Shown: positions 27,180 through 38,289, numbered from the stretch's first letter. The stretch: 64,000 nucleotides of DNA from Myxococcales bacterium (GCA_049841135.1 JASGHK010000008.1:19272-83271), one strand, 5' to 3'. The notes: generated from the letters alone by a model not told the origin. Made by a program: numbers and translations.

Positions 27180-27300
27180 GGGGCCAGGTTCCGAATCCGA
27201 AAACTCGTCCGGTGGGGCGAGGCGGGGCCAGGTTCCGAATCCGAAAACTCATCCGGTGGCTCGAGGCGGGGCCAGGTTCCGAATCCGAAAACTCGTGGTC
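27180..27300. repeat. 3 x about 45-bp tandem repeat (ggggccaggttccgaatccgaaaactcRtccggtggNNcgaggc) in the divergent promoter region
   Basis: Direct visual repeat at 27180-27300, between the ECF sigma start (27059, minus) and the secreted-protein gene (27443, plus). Confidence 0.75.
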
Positions 27301-27442
27301 GAGCGCGTCCAGGCGCCCATCCCGAGCGGCCAACTGGCCGCACCTGACGGGCAGCCCCGCGCACGTTCCGGGCGCGGAACCCTTGGAGAATTTGCCCGGC
27401 ACCGACCGTGCAACGGGCGCTGGCACCTCACCGGAGCCGAAC

Positions 27443-28528
27443 ATGCGCGCCCTGACCGTCCTCGCCTTCGCCCTTCTGGCCGTCCACCCCAACGTCGCCT
27501 CCGCCGTCGACTGCGGCAAGGCCAAGACCCGCCCCGAGAAGCTCGTCTGCGCCAGCGACGAAGCCTCGAGCCTGGACCGGGAGCTGGCAGCGACGTACCG
27601 CGACGCGCTCGAGAGCCAGCACGGCAGAGCCCGCGAGCGGCTCGAGATGTTCCAGGACCGGTGGGGCGATGCCGTGTTGAAGGGATCGGGAGCCGGCGCC
27701 AACTCGATGCAGGAAGACGAGCTCGCGTCCTACTACCGCCTGCGCATCGACCTGCTCCGGGTGGTGGCGGGCCGGACCGCGCTGTCCGAGGTGCCCGGTC
27801 CCGAGCAGTTCGGCGACGACACCCTCGGCTGGCGATGGGTCGACGTCCGCTTGGGCGATCGCGAAGTCCTGCGCTACCCGCAGCTCACGCGCTCCCGCTC
27901 CGCCCACCTGGAGACCGTCAACACCCGTATCCGCGAGGATGCCCAGGAGCTGGTCGACAGCTACGTGGAGTGCTCCACCGGCAGCGGCTTCGGCACCTTC
28001 ACCTACTCCGTGAAGAAGGCGAAGCAGGGGTTCTTCGAGGTGGAGCTCGCCGACTCGTCGTGGGGCTGCTTCTGTGGCTGCGCCCACCCGTCCACGAGCG
28101 AGACCGTGACGACGCTCTTCGACCTCGAGACGGGGAACGACGCGGTGCCAGTGCTGCGCCGGCTGGTCGTGCAGAAGGAAGGCGCCCGCGAAGCGCTGCT
28201 CGAGCTCGCCTACGCCCACGAGCCCGCCAATCCCTTCGGATTTCGGGCGAACCCGGCGGACGGCTCCGAGACCGGCGGCGGCGAGCTCGGCTGGCTCTCC
28301 TTCGATCCCGCGACGGGAGCGGTCCTGATCGGGGTGATGCACTGCTACGCCATGCGCGCCTTCGACTTCGTGGCGGCAGTGAGGCCAGAGCAAGTCGTGA
28401 CGCTGGTCGAGCTCGACTCGCACGCGCTCTCGGAGGTGCCGCGCTTCCGGCGCGCGGGGTACCTCTCGGACGCGGACGTCGTCGCCGTCTCCGACCTCGC
28501 CCGCCGGCTCGGCCACCGGGCGAGATAG
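27443..28528 (+). CDS. secreted hypothetical protein with LprI/DUF1311-like N-terminal module
   Basis: Signal peptide MRALTVLAFALLAVHPNVASA. DCGKAKTRPEKLVCASDEASSLDRELAATYRDALE resembles the lysozyme-inhibitor LprI fold. Confidence 0.5.
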   Translation: MRALTVLAFALLAVHPNVASAVDCGKAKTRPEKLVCASDEASSLDRELAATYRDALESQHGRARERLEMFQDRWGDAVLKGSGAGANSMQEDELASYYRLRIDLLRVVAGRTALSEVPGPEQFGDDTLGWRWVDVRLGDREVLRYPQLTRSRSAHLETVNTRIREDAQELVDSYVECSTGSGFGTFTYSVKKAKQGFFEVELADSSWGCFCGCAHPSTSETVTTLFDLETGNDAVPVLRRLVVQKEGAREALLELAYAHEPANPFGFRANPADGSETGGGELGWLSFDPATGAVLIGVMHCYAMRAFDFVAAVRPEQVVTLVELDSHALSEVPRFRRAGYLSDADVVAVSDLARRLGHRAR

Positions 28529-28741
28529 CCAGCGCGAGGCGCCCGACACCTCGAGCTTGTCGAGGAGCCCTCTCGGTCTGCGCCGTTTGTCGGGAAGGAG
28601 CGATCCCAGTTTTAGCGAGCCGCTCCCCTTCCGACGCCGTCCGAAGTCGGCGAAGAAGCAGCTGAAGAAGAGTTCGGGGGTGAGCCGTCGACCGAGCGAG
28701 CACTGCTTGCCCGGCCCCGACGCGGTTGGTAGAGACCCGCC

Positions 28742-30427
28742 GTGGCTCCCATCACCGAACACGCCGCGGCGCACGCAGCGCCCCCGGCTGCCGACCTCGC
28801 CCAGGTAACCCACCGCCCGGGCGGCAGCACCGTCCGCCTCCCGCCCGAGTTCTCCCGAGCGACGGTGGTCGGATACTTCGAGCGGATGGGCATCCCCGGT
28901 CGCGTCGTCATGGGGCCCGCGGACATCGACGGGGTGGGCAGCATCGGCCCCGAGCAGTGGGCAGTCATTGCCGATGGCCGGTCCCCGCGCTTCCTCTCCG
29001 ACCGCGCGCCCGTCACCTTCCCCAGCGACCCGAGGCTCCGGGTCTTCGTCTTCCCCAAACACACCGTGGTGGTGCCAGCCGGGCAGGTCTGGTGGCTGCA
29101 GGTGGCCCTGGAGCGCGTCAAGCCCGAGCGGTTCGAAGCCGACGGGCGGCCCGCTTCCTGGGTGCCACCGGTCCCCCGGTCTGCCGCGCCGGCCCTGGAC
29201 CCGAATCGGGACGGCGACGCGACCATCGGCGAGGCCGGCTCGCTCCCGGAGGCCGAGCCGCTCGAGGCCGAGGCGCCGGGCACGCCCGTCCCCTCGTCCG
29301 CCATCCGGGACTGGTTCGCTGCGCTGTGCGCGAGCCTCGGCCTTCCGGAGATACCGCTGGTGGTCCGGCGTGGGCAGGAAGACGCGCGCGGCCAGGTCCG
29401 CGGGAGCGTGGTGATGACGGCGGACTTCGCGCCCCTGCGCGTCTGCGTCACCACCTGCCCCAACTCCGACCAGGCGGAGGTCCTGGCGACCCTGGTCCAC
29501 GAGCTCGCCCACCCGCTCTCCCGCTCCACCGACCACGGCTCTGCGTTCCGCAGCACGCTGGTGGATCTCGCGGCCCGCCTCTGGGGCGAGCCGCACCTCG
29601 CCGGCGCCCGGGCCCACGTCGACGGCGCCTACCCGCTGCTGGACCGCTGGGTCACCTGCGGCATCCGGGCGGCGTTGGCCGGCCGCGAGCCACCTGCCTC
29701 CAAGGTCTGCGACGACGGCCACGCCGCGAGGGTCGTCGGCAAGGTGGCCAAGCTCTGGGCGCTGGCCGCGGACCAGCTCGGAAAGCCCGAAGGCGTCGGC
29801 GCCGCGGCCATGGCCAACGACCTCGTCACCGTCTACGGCCTCGACCAGTCCCAGGTCTTCACCACCCCGAGCTTCGACGACGGGCTCGTGGACCGCTATG
29901 TCCTGCTCCAGCCGCGCAAGCCCTGGCAGCGCACGCTCGCGCACGAGGTGGCCTACTTCAGCAACGTGTACTCGCTCTCCATGGACAGCGAGGCGCGGAT
30001 GCACTTCTTCGGGCGCTACTCGGACGTCGTCGCCGCCGAGTACCTGTGTGGCGTCAGCATCGGGCGGATCGAGCGCGAGTGCGCGGCCTACCTCGAGCGA
30101 TGCCGCGCGAGCCTGGCCAAGGGCGAGCTGCGCCGGGCCGGCCTGGCCTTCTGCGAGTCGGCGGCGCACGAGTTCGGGCGCAAGCTCCACCGGATCCTGG
30201 AGGAGGAGGCGCGCGCTGCCGGCCGCGCCGTCCAGAGCGCGGCGCTGAACGAGGCCACGGACTTCGCGGAGCACCAGCTCGAGCTGCGCGGCTTCAGGGT
30301 GGGCAAGGCTCGCGCGCGCGAGGTCCGGTACAGCGCCGTCGGCGCCGAGCTGGGCAAGCGGATGGAGGTCGTGCGCGGGCTCGACTCGCAGGGCGCCGCA
30401 CCTCGCTCGCTGCCCGGGCGCAAGTAG
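28742..30427 (+). CDS. hypothetical protein with SprT-like HEXXH motif (VHELAHP) and DUF2786-like helical C-terminal region
   Basis: HELAH zinc-binding motif. VVGKVAKLWALAADQLGKPEGVGAAAMANDLVTVYGLD resembles DUF2786. Confidence 0.45.
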   Translation: MAPITEHAAAHAAPPAADLAQVTHRPGGSTVRLPPEFSRATVVGYFERMGIPGRVVMGPADIDGVGSIGPEQWAVIADGRSPRFLSDRAPVTFPSDPRLRVFVFPKHTVVVPAGQVWWLQVALERVKPERFEADGRPASWVPPVPRSAAPALDPNRDGDATIGEAGSLPEAEPLEAEAPGTPVPSSAIRDWFAALCASLGLPEIPLVVRRGQEDARGQVRGSVVMTADFAPLRVCVTTCPNSDQAEVLATLVHELAHPLSRSTDHGSAFRSTLVDLAARLWGEPHLAGARAHVDGAYPLLDRWVTCGIRAALAGREPPASKVCDDGHAARVVGKVAKLWALAADQLGKPEGVGAAAMANDLVTVYGLDQSQVFTTPSFDDGLVDRYVLLQPRKPWQRTLAHEVAYFSNVYSLSMDSEARMHFFGRYSDVVAAEYLCGVSIGRIERECAAYLERCRASLAKGELRRAGLAFCESAAHEFGRKLHRILEEEARAAGRAVQSAALNEATDFAEHQLELRGFRVGKARAREVRYSAVGAELGKRMEVVRGLDSQGAAPRSLPGRK

Positions 30428-30536
30428 GCAGCAGGCAGCAAGGCCGGCCCCTGGTCTTCGCCCTGACCACAGCGGTGAACACGGCGCTTGCCGCCCGATC
30501 CGCACGAACCTTATCCTCCGCGCCCGCCAGGAGGAC

Positions 30537-32129
30537 TTGCCCATGACCTCGTCGAACCTCGCCGCCAACGTCCCCGCCGTCGACCCCGTCACCGGCCGCT
30601 CGCCGCGCGTCTGCCCGCTCGATCTGCGACCGCTGGAGGAGGTCCCCGACGCCAAGCCGGAGGACGTCCGCCGCGCCGTCGAGCTCGCCCGCCGCGCCGC
30701 CGAGGGCTGGGCCGGCCGCTCGATCGCCGACCGTGCCGCCGCGCTGCGCAAGGCCGCCAAGGCCATGCTCGCCCGCACCGACGAGGTGCTGGCGCTGGTC
30801 AAGGACGAGATGGGCAAGCTGGAGTGCGAGGGCCTGTTCAACGAGGCCCTCGGCCACCTGGACATGCTCGAGGCCTGGGTGGGCGTCGTGGAGAAGGGCG
30901 CCGGCCGCGAGAAGATCCGGATGAACCCGCTCAAGTTCCTGGGCAAGAGCGCGCACATCGACCTCGTGCCCCGCGGCGTCATCGGAATCATCGCGCCCTG
31001 GAACTTCCCCATCGCCGGACTCTACCGCTCCATCTACCCCGCCCTGCTCACCGGCAACGGCGTCGTCCTCAAGCCCAGCGAGCACACGCCGCGCTCCTCC
31101 CAGTGGTTCGCCGACGCGCTCGCCCAGGAGCTGCCCGACGGGCTGATCTCGGTCGTCCACGGTGCCGGCGGCGTGGGCCAGGCGCTCATCGAGGCCGGCA
31201 TCGACGCCTGCGTCTTCACGGGCTCGACGACCGCCGGCAAGCTCGTGCAGGTGCGCTGCGCCGAGCGCGGCATCCCGTGCAGCGTGGAGATGGGCGGCAA
31301 GGACATGGCCATCGTCCTGGCCGACTGCGACTTGGACCGCACCTGCGCCGGCCTGACGCACTGGGCGCTGGCGAACGTCGGGCAGTCGTGTGGCGCGCTC
31401 GAGGTGGCGCTGGTCGAGGAGACCATCGCCGACGAGCTGGTCAGCCGGCTCCAGCGCGCGTGGGAGCACCTCAAGATCGGGCCCGCGGAGCACGCGGATT
31501 TGTCGCCGCTCGCCAACCGCAAGCAGTTCGAGGTGGTGGTCGCGCAGGTCGAGGACGCCCGGCAGAAGGGCGCGCGCATCCTGTGTGGCGGCAAGCCCAC
31601 CGGCGTCGGCTTCTTCTATCCAGCCACTCTCATCGACCGCTGCACCGAGGAAATGGCGGTGGTGAAGGACGAGACCTTCGGGCCGGTGCTGGCCATCGTG
31701 CGCGTCGCGTCGGCGGCGGAGGCGGTGCGGGTCATCAAGCGCTGCCGGTACGGGCTGGGCGCCTCCATCTGGACGAAGGATGTGGAGCGCGCGGCGAAGC
31801 TGGCGGAGCAGGTCGATGCGGGCGTGGTGGTGGTCAACAACCACTCGTTCACCGGAGCCGTGCCGGAGCTGCCGTGGAGCGGCACCAAGGACACGGGCTT
31901 CGGCATCGCCAACAGCCACCACGCGCTGCTGACCTTCTGCCGCCCACGCGCGGTGGTCGTCGACAAGTCCAGTGGGCCCGAGCCGTTCTGGATGCCGTTC
32001 GATCGCGACCTGGCGGAGATGGGGCGACTGCTGATTGACGCCCAGCTCTTCAAGGTCGAGCGGGCGTGGAAGCTGCCGCTGCTCATGCGGCGCCGGGCGA
32101 AGACGATCAAGGAGTTCTTCCGGCGGTAG
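30537..32129 (+). CDS. aldehyde dehydrogenase family protein
   Basis: ALDH core motifs FTGSTTAGKLV and the catalytic Cys context GQSCGALE, plus ELGGK-like MGGKD. About 60 aa C-terminal extension. Confidence 0.85.
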   Translation: MPMTSSNLAANVPAVDPVTGRSPRVCPLDLRPLEEVPDAKPEDVRRAVELARRAAEGWAGRSIADRAAALRKAAKAMLARTDEVLALVKDEMGKLECEGLFNEALGHLDMLEAWVGVVEKGAGREKIRMNPLKFLGKSAHIDLVPRGVIGIIAPWNFPIAGLYRSIYPALLTGNGVVLKPSEHTPRSSQWFADALAQELPDGLISVVHGAGGVGQALIEAGIDACVFTGSTTAGKLVQVRCAERGIPCSVEMGGKDMAIVLADCDLDRTCAGLTHWALANVGQSCGALEVALVEETIADELVSRLQRAWEHLKIGPAEHADLSPLANRKQFEVVVAQVEDARQKGARILCGGKPTGVGFFYPATLIDRCTEEMAVVKDETFGPVLAIVRVASAAEAVRVIKRCRYGLGASIWTKDVERAAKLAEQVDAGVVVVNNHSFTGAVPELPWSGTKDTGFGIANSHHALLTFCRPRAVVVDKSSGPEPFWMPFDRDLAEMGRLLIDAQLFKVERAWKLPLLMRRRAKTIKEFFRR

Positions 32130-32564
32130 GCAGAGTCCGATCGATCGGACTTGGAGTCCGCCGCGCGCGCGGGCGACCCGACACCCCGAGCTTGTCGGGG
32201 GCCAGGCTTTGTGCCTGGGAGGTCTTCTCCTACATCGCGTACTCGCACACACGGGCCGCCGCGACCACGGAGCGGCTCCCGCTAGTGGCGGTGCGATCCC
32301 TCGGCTCATCCCCGCGCCCGCGGGGAACCCGCCTGGACCGTTACGAAGAGCTGGTCGGCGTTCGGCTCATCCCTGCGCCCGCGGGGACACTGGTCGCGGA
32401 GCTGGTGGACCTTGACCGCGCACGGCTCTGCAACACACCGGGTGGAGTGCGTTCCCTCCGTTCCCGCCATCTCCATGCGAGCAGGCGCCCCCAACCAGAG
32501 TCCGCGGCCGTCGGCCATCGCCGGGCATGGCCTTCGATGGGACGCTCGTGCGAAGGTCCGGCGC

Positions 32565-34115
32565 ATGGCCCTGTTCAACTTCTTCAAGAAGAAGCCGGCA
32601 CCCTCGACGCCACGCTCCACCCCCGAGCGCGAGCCGCCTGCGGTTCCCTTCACCCCTCCTCCCGGCGTGGAGTTCGGCGGCGCCGCCGCTCCTCCGCCGG
32701 CGCCGCGCCCGCCCTTGGCGCTGCCCGAGCTGGACGAGCCGGTGCCCGAGGGCCAGCGGCGAATTCTGACGCTGCGCTTCGAGGGCGAGCGGAAGTCCGA
32801 GGTCCTCTCCCGCGAGCTGACGCTCGACGGCGGCCGGGTCCGGGTGTTCGACGCGAAGGCCGATGCTCGAGACCCGCGCAAGCCCACGGAGGTCTTCGAT
32901 GACCATCGCGAGCGCTTCGCCCGCCCCGAGGATGCCCGCAAGCACTTCCAGGAGCTGGCGAAGGAGGCCTGGCAGGGCTTCATGAAGATGACGCGCGAGG
33001 TGCGCCTGGCTCCGGCGGAGCCCTCGCCGGCCCTCGTCCCGGTCGCCGTGAACCCGGAGCTGGAGGCCGCCTTCGAGAACGCGAGCGAGTCCGAGGCGCC
33101 CAAGGTGGCCCGGGTGCTCGCCGACTGGCTGCAGGAGCGGGGCGACCCGCGCGGCGTCTGTGCGGCGCAGCTCCAGCAGGGCCAGCACGAGGCCGCGCGC
33201 GAGCTCTTCGAGGCGCGGCTCTTGGGCGAGCTGGAGACCGCGGTGGGCGTCGAACTGTACGACCTCAAGTGGCGCGAGGGGTTCCTGGTCGGCGCGAGCT
33301 TGAAGCGCCGCCGCCGCGACCCGCGCGCCCAACTCGCGGCGCTGACCCGCGACTTCCTGAAGCTGCCGGTAGCCCGCTTCGTCACGGCGCTGCGCTTCGG
33401 ACTGGCGAGCTACGACAGCGACAACTCCTGGACGGAGACGCTGCGCGCGGTGGCCGAGTCGCCGCGGGGGCCGTTCGTGCGCGAGCTGCGCTTCGACGAC
33501 TACGGCAGCAAGGACTGCGAGCTGTCGTGGACTCCCTTCGGCGATTTTTCGGCTTGCTGGAAGAAGCTGCCGTCGCTCGAGCTCGTACACCTCCGCTCCG
33601 GCGCCGGCGGGACCCTGGGCGAGCTCGACCTCCCCAACCTCAAGACGTTCGTGCGCGAATCGACCGGGCTCTCCGCGGAGGAGATCGGCAGCGTGCTCGC
33701 GGCCCGCTGGCCGAGGCTCGAGAAGCTCGAGCTGTGGCTGGGCACCGAGGAATACGGCACGGGCTGCTCGGTCGAGCTGCTTCGGCCGCTGCTCGACGGC
33801 AAGGTCCCGCCGAGCCTCAAGCACCTGGGGCTCGTCAACTGCGAGTTCGCGCCGGAGGAGCTCACGGCGCTGCTGCGCTCCAAGGTGCTCCGGCAGCTCG
33901 AGGTGCTCGACCTGTCGAAGGGCGTGCTGATGGACCAGGACGTGGAGATCCTTCTCGCGAACCAGGGCGCGGTCCGGCACCTGAGGCGCCTGGACCTTTC
34001 GGAGAACCTGCTCGACGAGTCGGTCGCGCGGCTCAAGGAAGCGCTGCCCAACCTCGAGGTGGGCGAGCAGCGCTCCGAGGAGGATGAGGGCCGGTTCACG
34101 GCCGTCGGGGAGTGA
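32565..34115 (+). CDS. TIGR02996-domain / leucine-rich-repeat protein
   Basis: VARVLADWLQERGDPRGV is the hallmark TIGR02996 motif. C-terminal LRR-like LxxLxLxxN repeats. Confidence 0.55.
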   Translation: MALFNFFKKKPAPSTPRSTPEREPPAVPFTPPPGVEFGGAAAPPPAPRPPLALPELDEPVPEGQRRILTLRFEGERKSEVLSRELTLDGGRVRVFDAKADARDPRKPTEVFDDHRERFARPEDARKHFQELAKEAWQGFMKMTREVRLAPAEPSPALVPVAVNPELEAAFENASESEAPKVARVLADWLQERGDPRGVCAAQLQQGQHEAARELFEARLLGELETAVGVELYDLKWREGFLVGASLKRRRRDPRAQLAALTRDFLKLPVARFVTALRFGLASYDSDNSWTETLRAVAESPRGPFVRELRFDDYGSKDCELSWTPFGDFSACWKKLPSLELVHLRSGAGGTLGELDLPNLKTFVRESTGLSAEEIGSVLAARWPRLEKLELWLGTEEYGTGCSVELLRPLLDGKVPPSLKHLGLVNCEFAPEELTALLRSKVLRQLEVLDLSKGVLMDQDVEILLANQGAVRHLRRLDLSENLLDESVARLKEALPNLEVGEQRSEEDEGRFTAVGE

Positions 34116-34187
34116 CCCGCATCCGTCGAGGAGCCCCACCGAGAACTGAAGTGCCGCCCGGGGCGCGCTGCTCTACAGTGCGCAGCC

Positions 34188-37100
34188 ATGGAAAACCTCC
34201 TCGACCACCTCCGGCACCACGGCCTCGGCGACGCCTTCCCTCCTGACGCCCTCGACAGCGGCGCCGCCGCCGTCGGCCAGGGCCGGGTCAGCCGCCCGCG
34301 GGTCACGGGCCCCCGCGCCGCCGCCTACGTGGCCGACGACCGCCTGGGCCGCTGCCGAGCCGAGCTTCGCGTGGGCCCGGACGGCCTCGCCGGCGAGTGC
34401 AGCTGCGGCCGGCTCCACTGCCACCACCTCGCCGCGCTCTCGCTGATGCTCACCGGCGGGGCCCTCCCGGGAGCCAACGCGGACGACGGCAGCCGCGGCG
34501 CGGCCACGGACCCCAAGCACGGGGAGCGGCAGCGCCGGGCGGAGCGCGCGCGCTCGGGGCTCTTCGAAGTGGCGCCTCTCGACCGCGACGCGGCCCCCTA
34601 CGGCCGCTACCAGGTCAGCTCTCCTTCAGGCCGCACCTACCTCGTGACGCTGCGCGCGTTCGACCAGGCCCACAACAGCTGCACCTGCCAGGACTTCGCG
34701 CTCAACCTCCTGGGCACCTGCAAGCACGTCGAGGCGGTGATCGCCTCGCTCGAGTCCCGGCGCTCGACCCGCAAGCTGCTCCTGGCGGCGCGAGAGAACG
34801 GGCCCCGCCGCAGCTACCTCTACCTGGCCCATGAGCCGACGCAGCAGGTGCGCCTGCGCAGCCGGGGCCGCTCGCTCGCCGCCGCCCGCTTCGCGCGCCG
34901 CTGGTTCGACGGCGACGGGGAGCCCAAGGTCGCCTCGCCGGACGACTGGCCCGAGGTGCTGGCCGAGGCCCGCCAGGCGCAGGTCGAGGTGCCCGACGAG
35001 GTCGACCGCCACGTCTCGCGCTCGCTGCAGCAGGCCGCGCAGCAGCGGCGAGTCACCGCGCTGGAGGCGCGGGCCCGCCGCGACGGCGCCGGGCAGCCGG
35101 GCTTCGCGGGCAAGCTCTACCCGTACCAGGTCGAGGGGACCGCCTTCCTGCTCAGCCGCGGCCGCGCGCTGCTCGCCGACGACATGGGACTCGGCAAGAC
35201 CGCGCAGGCCATCGCCGCCATGTCGCGCCTCTTCTGGTCCAAGGAGATCGCCCGGGCGCTGGTGGTCTGCCCCGCCTCGCTCAAGCACCAGTGGGCCCAG
35301 GAGATCTCCCGCTTCTGCGCCGTGCCCGGCGTGGGCACCACGGTCATCGGCGGCTCGCGCGAGCAGCGCCTGACCGCCTACGCCCAGGCCCGGGAGATCG
35401 TGGTGACGAGCTACGAGCTGATGCGCGCCGACGAGGAGGAGATCGGCAAGCTCGCCCCGGACCTGCTCGTGCTCGACGAGGCCCAGCGCATCAAGAACTG
35501 GCGCACCCGCACCTCGGACGTCGTCAAGCGCTTCCCGACACGGCTGGCCTACGTGCTCACCGGTACGCCGCTCGAGAACCGGCTCGACGACCTCTACAGC
35601 CTGATGCAGGTCGTGGACCCCCACGTCTTCGGGCCGCTGTGGCGCTTCAACCAGGACTTCACCTCGCTCGACGAGCGCGGGCGGGTGCAGGGCTACCGCA
35701 ACCTGATCGAGCTGCGCGCCCGCATCGCGCCGCACTTCCTGCGGCGCCGGAAGGAGGAGGTGCTGCTGCAGCTCCCCGAGCGCCTGGTCAGCCGGCTCAC
35801 CGTGCCGCTCGACGAGGAGCAGCGCGCCATCCACGACGAGGCCGAGTCGGTGGTGGCGCGCATCCTGGCCGTCCTCAGGCGTCGGCCGCTCTCGCCCATC
35901 GAGGAGAAGCGGCTGATGGCCGCCTTCCAGCGCATGCGCATGTCCTGCGACGCCGCGCGGCTGGTGGACGACGAGGCGCACGCCAAGGGCTCGGCCAAGC
36001 TCGACGAGCTGGAGCGGCTCTTGGAGGAGATTCTGCCTGCAGGGCGGCCACAAGGTGGTGGTCTTCAGCGAGTGGGAGAAGATGCAGGCCCTGGCGGCCC
36101 GCGTCGCCACGCGCCTGAAGGTGGGCCACGTGCGGCTGCACGGCGGGGTCCCCACCGAGCAGCGCGGCGCGCTCATCGAGCGCTTCCGCAACGACCCGGC
36201 CTGCCAGGTCTTCTTCTCCACCGACGCCGGCGGCGTGGGCCTCAACCTGCAGGCGGCCGATCACCTGATCAACCTCGACCTGCCCTGGAACCCGGCGGTG
36301 CTCGCCCAGCGCATCGGCCGCGTCCACCGGCTGGGCCAGAAGAGCACCGTGAACGTGGTGCTGCTGGTCGCCGAGGAGAGCTTCGAGAGCCGCATGGAGC
36401 TGACCCTGGAGGCCAAGCGCGGGCTCTTCGAGGCGACCGTCGGCGCGGACACCGAGACTGACTCGATGGAGCGCTCGACGCTGGCGCGGCGCATCGCCAC
36501 GCTGCTCAACGAGAGCTTCGCTGCGACGACCGCCAAGCTGCCCGTCGAGCCCGCCGAGCCGACCGCCGCAATCGCCGAGGCGGCTCCCGGCACGCCGCCC
36601 GACCCGGTCGCCGAGGCGCGCAAGCGGCTGGGCGAGCAGACGCTCGACAGGCTGATGCGGACGCGGGACGGAAGGCTCGTGGGCATCGTCGCCGAGGGTG
36701 CGGCGCTGCCGCCCCCGGAGGCGGCCGGCCCTGTGATGCTGCTGCCGGCGCAGGCGGCGACCGCGCTGGGGGCCTTCGGCGAGGCCTCCCCGCTCTCCGG
36801 CGCGGAGGTGCTCTTCGAGCGCGCCACCGCCCCGGCGCTCTCCCCCGAGCACGAGCGTCGCTCCGGCCAGCTCGCCGCCGCGCAGCGCAAGCTCGCCGGC
36901 GCCCGCGCGCTGGCGGCTCAGGATTTGGGCGGCGAGGCGCTCGGCCTGCTGCGCGATGGCCTCGCGCTCCTCTGCCGTGCAGCCGCGGCGACCGATCCCG
37001 GAGAGGCCACGCCGGCGCTGCTGGCGACGGTCTTCGGGGAGCTGGTGCCGAGCTCGGCGCTGACCGCGTCGGAGGCGGCGGCCTTGGCCCGCGCCGGCGA

Positions 37101-37233
37101 GCTGGCCCGAGCCTTCGGCTCCAGCCCGGCACGGCCTCCGGCTCCGCTCGTGGAGGATCTCGCCAAGGAAGCCAGCGCGCTCCACGCGCGGCTGAGCCAG
37201 AGCCTGGTGGCCGGCACGCAAGCGGTGGCCTGA
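34188..37233 (+). CDS. SWIM zinc-finger SNF2-family helicase; apparent +1 frameshift near 36037
   Basis: SWIM CxC...CxH (ECSCGRLHCHH, SCTCQDF...CKH). SNF2 motifs DDMGLGKT, DEAQRIKN and TGTPLENR. After ...LEEIL the frame shifts to ...QGGHKVVVFSEWEKM with helicase-C QRIGRVHRLGQ. Removing one C restores EEILLQGGHKVVVF. Confidence 0.8.
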
Positions 37234-37476
37234 GGGAGGGCTCAGGCTTTCTGCCATGCCTTCGGCGGCAGCAACCGTTTCCGTTGTGGAAACCGTTGCT
37301 GCGGCGCCCGGGGAGACGGTCGAGACCGCGCCGGTCGAGGCGCGGTCGAAGAAGGCCGCGGAGCGCGGTCCGAGAAGCTGGTCTCGATGCGGCGCGAGCG
37401 CGGGTTCCAGCAGGTCTGAAGATGGGAATCCAGGCCGCGCCCGCGTTACCCTTCCGCCACTTCACAAGGGGGCACC

Positions 37477-38214
37477 ATGGCACGGCCCGGAGAGTGGAAG
37501 CAGGTCGGCAGCGAGAACGCCTTCGCCAACACCATCGCCGCCACGACCAACGGCAAGGCGATGTACAGCGTCGAGCAGAACGGACAGCTCTTCCGGACCG
37601 ACCTGGCGACCGGTGACTGGCAGGAGCTCGGCGCGGGCGGCTTCGCCGAGACCCGCTGGATGGGCTTCTCGAACGGCCACCTCTACACCCTGGAGAAGAG
37701 CGGCTCGATCTACCGCGTCAGCCCGCAAGACGGGAGCTACGCGCAGGTGGGCGACGACTACGCCTGGAAGGAGTCCATCGCCGCCACCGCGCTCGACGGC
37801 CGCCTGTACTCCGTCGAGCGCAACGGCCAGCTCTTCCGGACCGACCTCGCCAGCGGCGCCTGGGAGGAGATCGGCAACGGCGATTTCGCCAACACCCGGT
37901 TCCTGACCGCCACGGCCGGAAAGCTCTACAGCATCGAGAGCAACGGGCAGCTCTTCGAGATCAGCCCGGCCGACGGCAGCTACCTCGAGGTCGGCGACGG
38001 CGGCTTCGCCGAGACGATGCTCGCCGAAGGCGTGGACGGGGTGCTCGTCAGCATCGAGAAGAACGGCCAGCTCTTCCGCACCAACCTCGCCAGCGGGGAG
38101 TGGCAGGAGCTGGGCGACGGCGGCTTCGCCGAGAGCCGGATCCTGCTGCCGGCCGGCAGCGGCCGCGTCTTCACGCTCGAGCGCAGCGGCGCGCTCTACG
38201 AGGTCGCCATCTGA
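37477..38214 (+). CDS. five-bladed beta-propeller lectin-like protein (tachylectin-2-like, 5 x about 47 aa repeats)
   Basis: Five repeats of ...W.E.G.GGFA......G.LYS.E.NGQLFRT.LA.G.... The 245 aa length and 47-aa period match tachylectin-2 architecture. Confidence 0.55.
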   Translation: MARPGEWKQVGSENAFANTIAATTNGKAMYSVEQNGQLFRTDLATGDWQELGAGGFAETRWMGFSNGHLYTLEKSGSIYRVSPQDGSYAQVGDDYAWKESIAATALDGRLYSVERNGQLFRTDLASGAWEEIGNGDFANTRFLTATAGKLYSIESNGQLFEISPADGSYLEVGDGGFAETMLAEGVDGVLVSIEKNGQLFRTNLASGEWQELGDGGFAESRILLPAGSGRVFTLERSGALYEVAI

Positions 38215-38289
38215 CGCCCGGCGCGGGCGTCGCGCCCGCGACCCGCCCTTGCCCCTCGCTTGGCACCCTCGGCGCTCCAGCAGCGATGG

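Noticed and set aside
27180-27300. Possible CRISPR array or tRNA (GGTTCCGAATCC T-loop-like string)
   Set aside because: The units abut without spacers, which excludes CRISPR. The T-loop-like string is iterated three times with no acceptor or anticodon arms, so it is not a tRNA.
27428-31012. 1,194-aa minus-strand ORF
   Set aside because: It is antisense to the secreted protein, SprT-like and ALDH genes. Composition is typical of a wrong-frame GC-rich translation.
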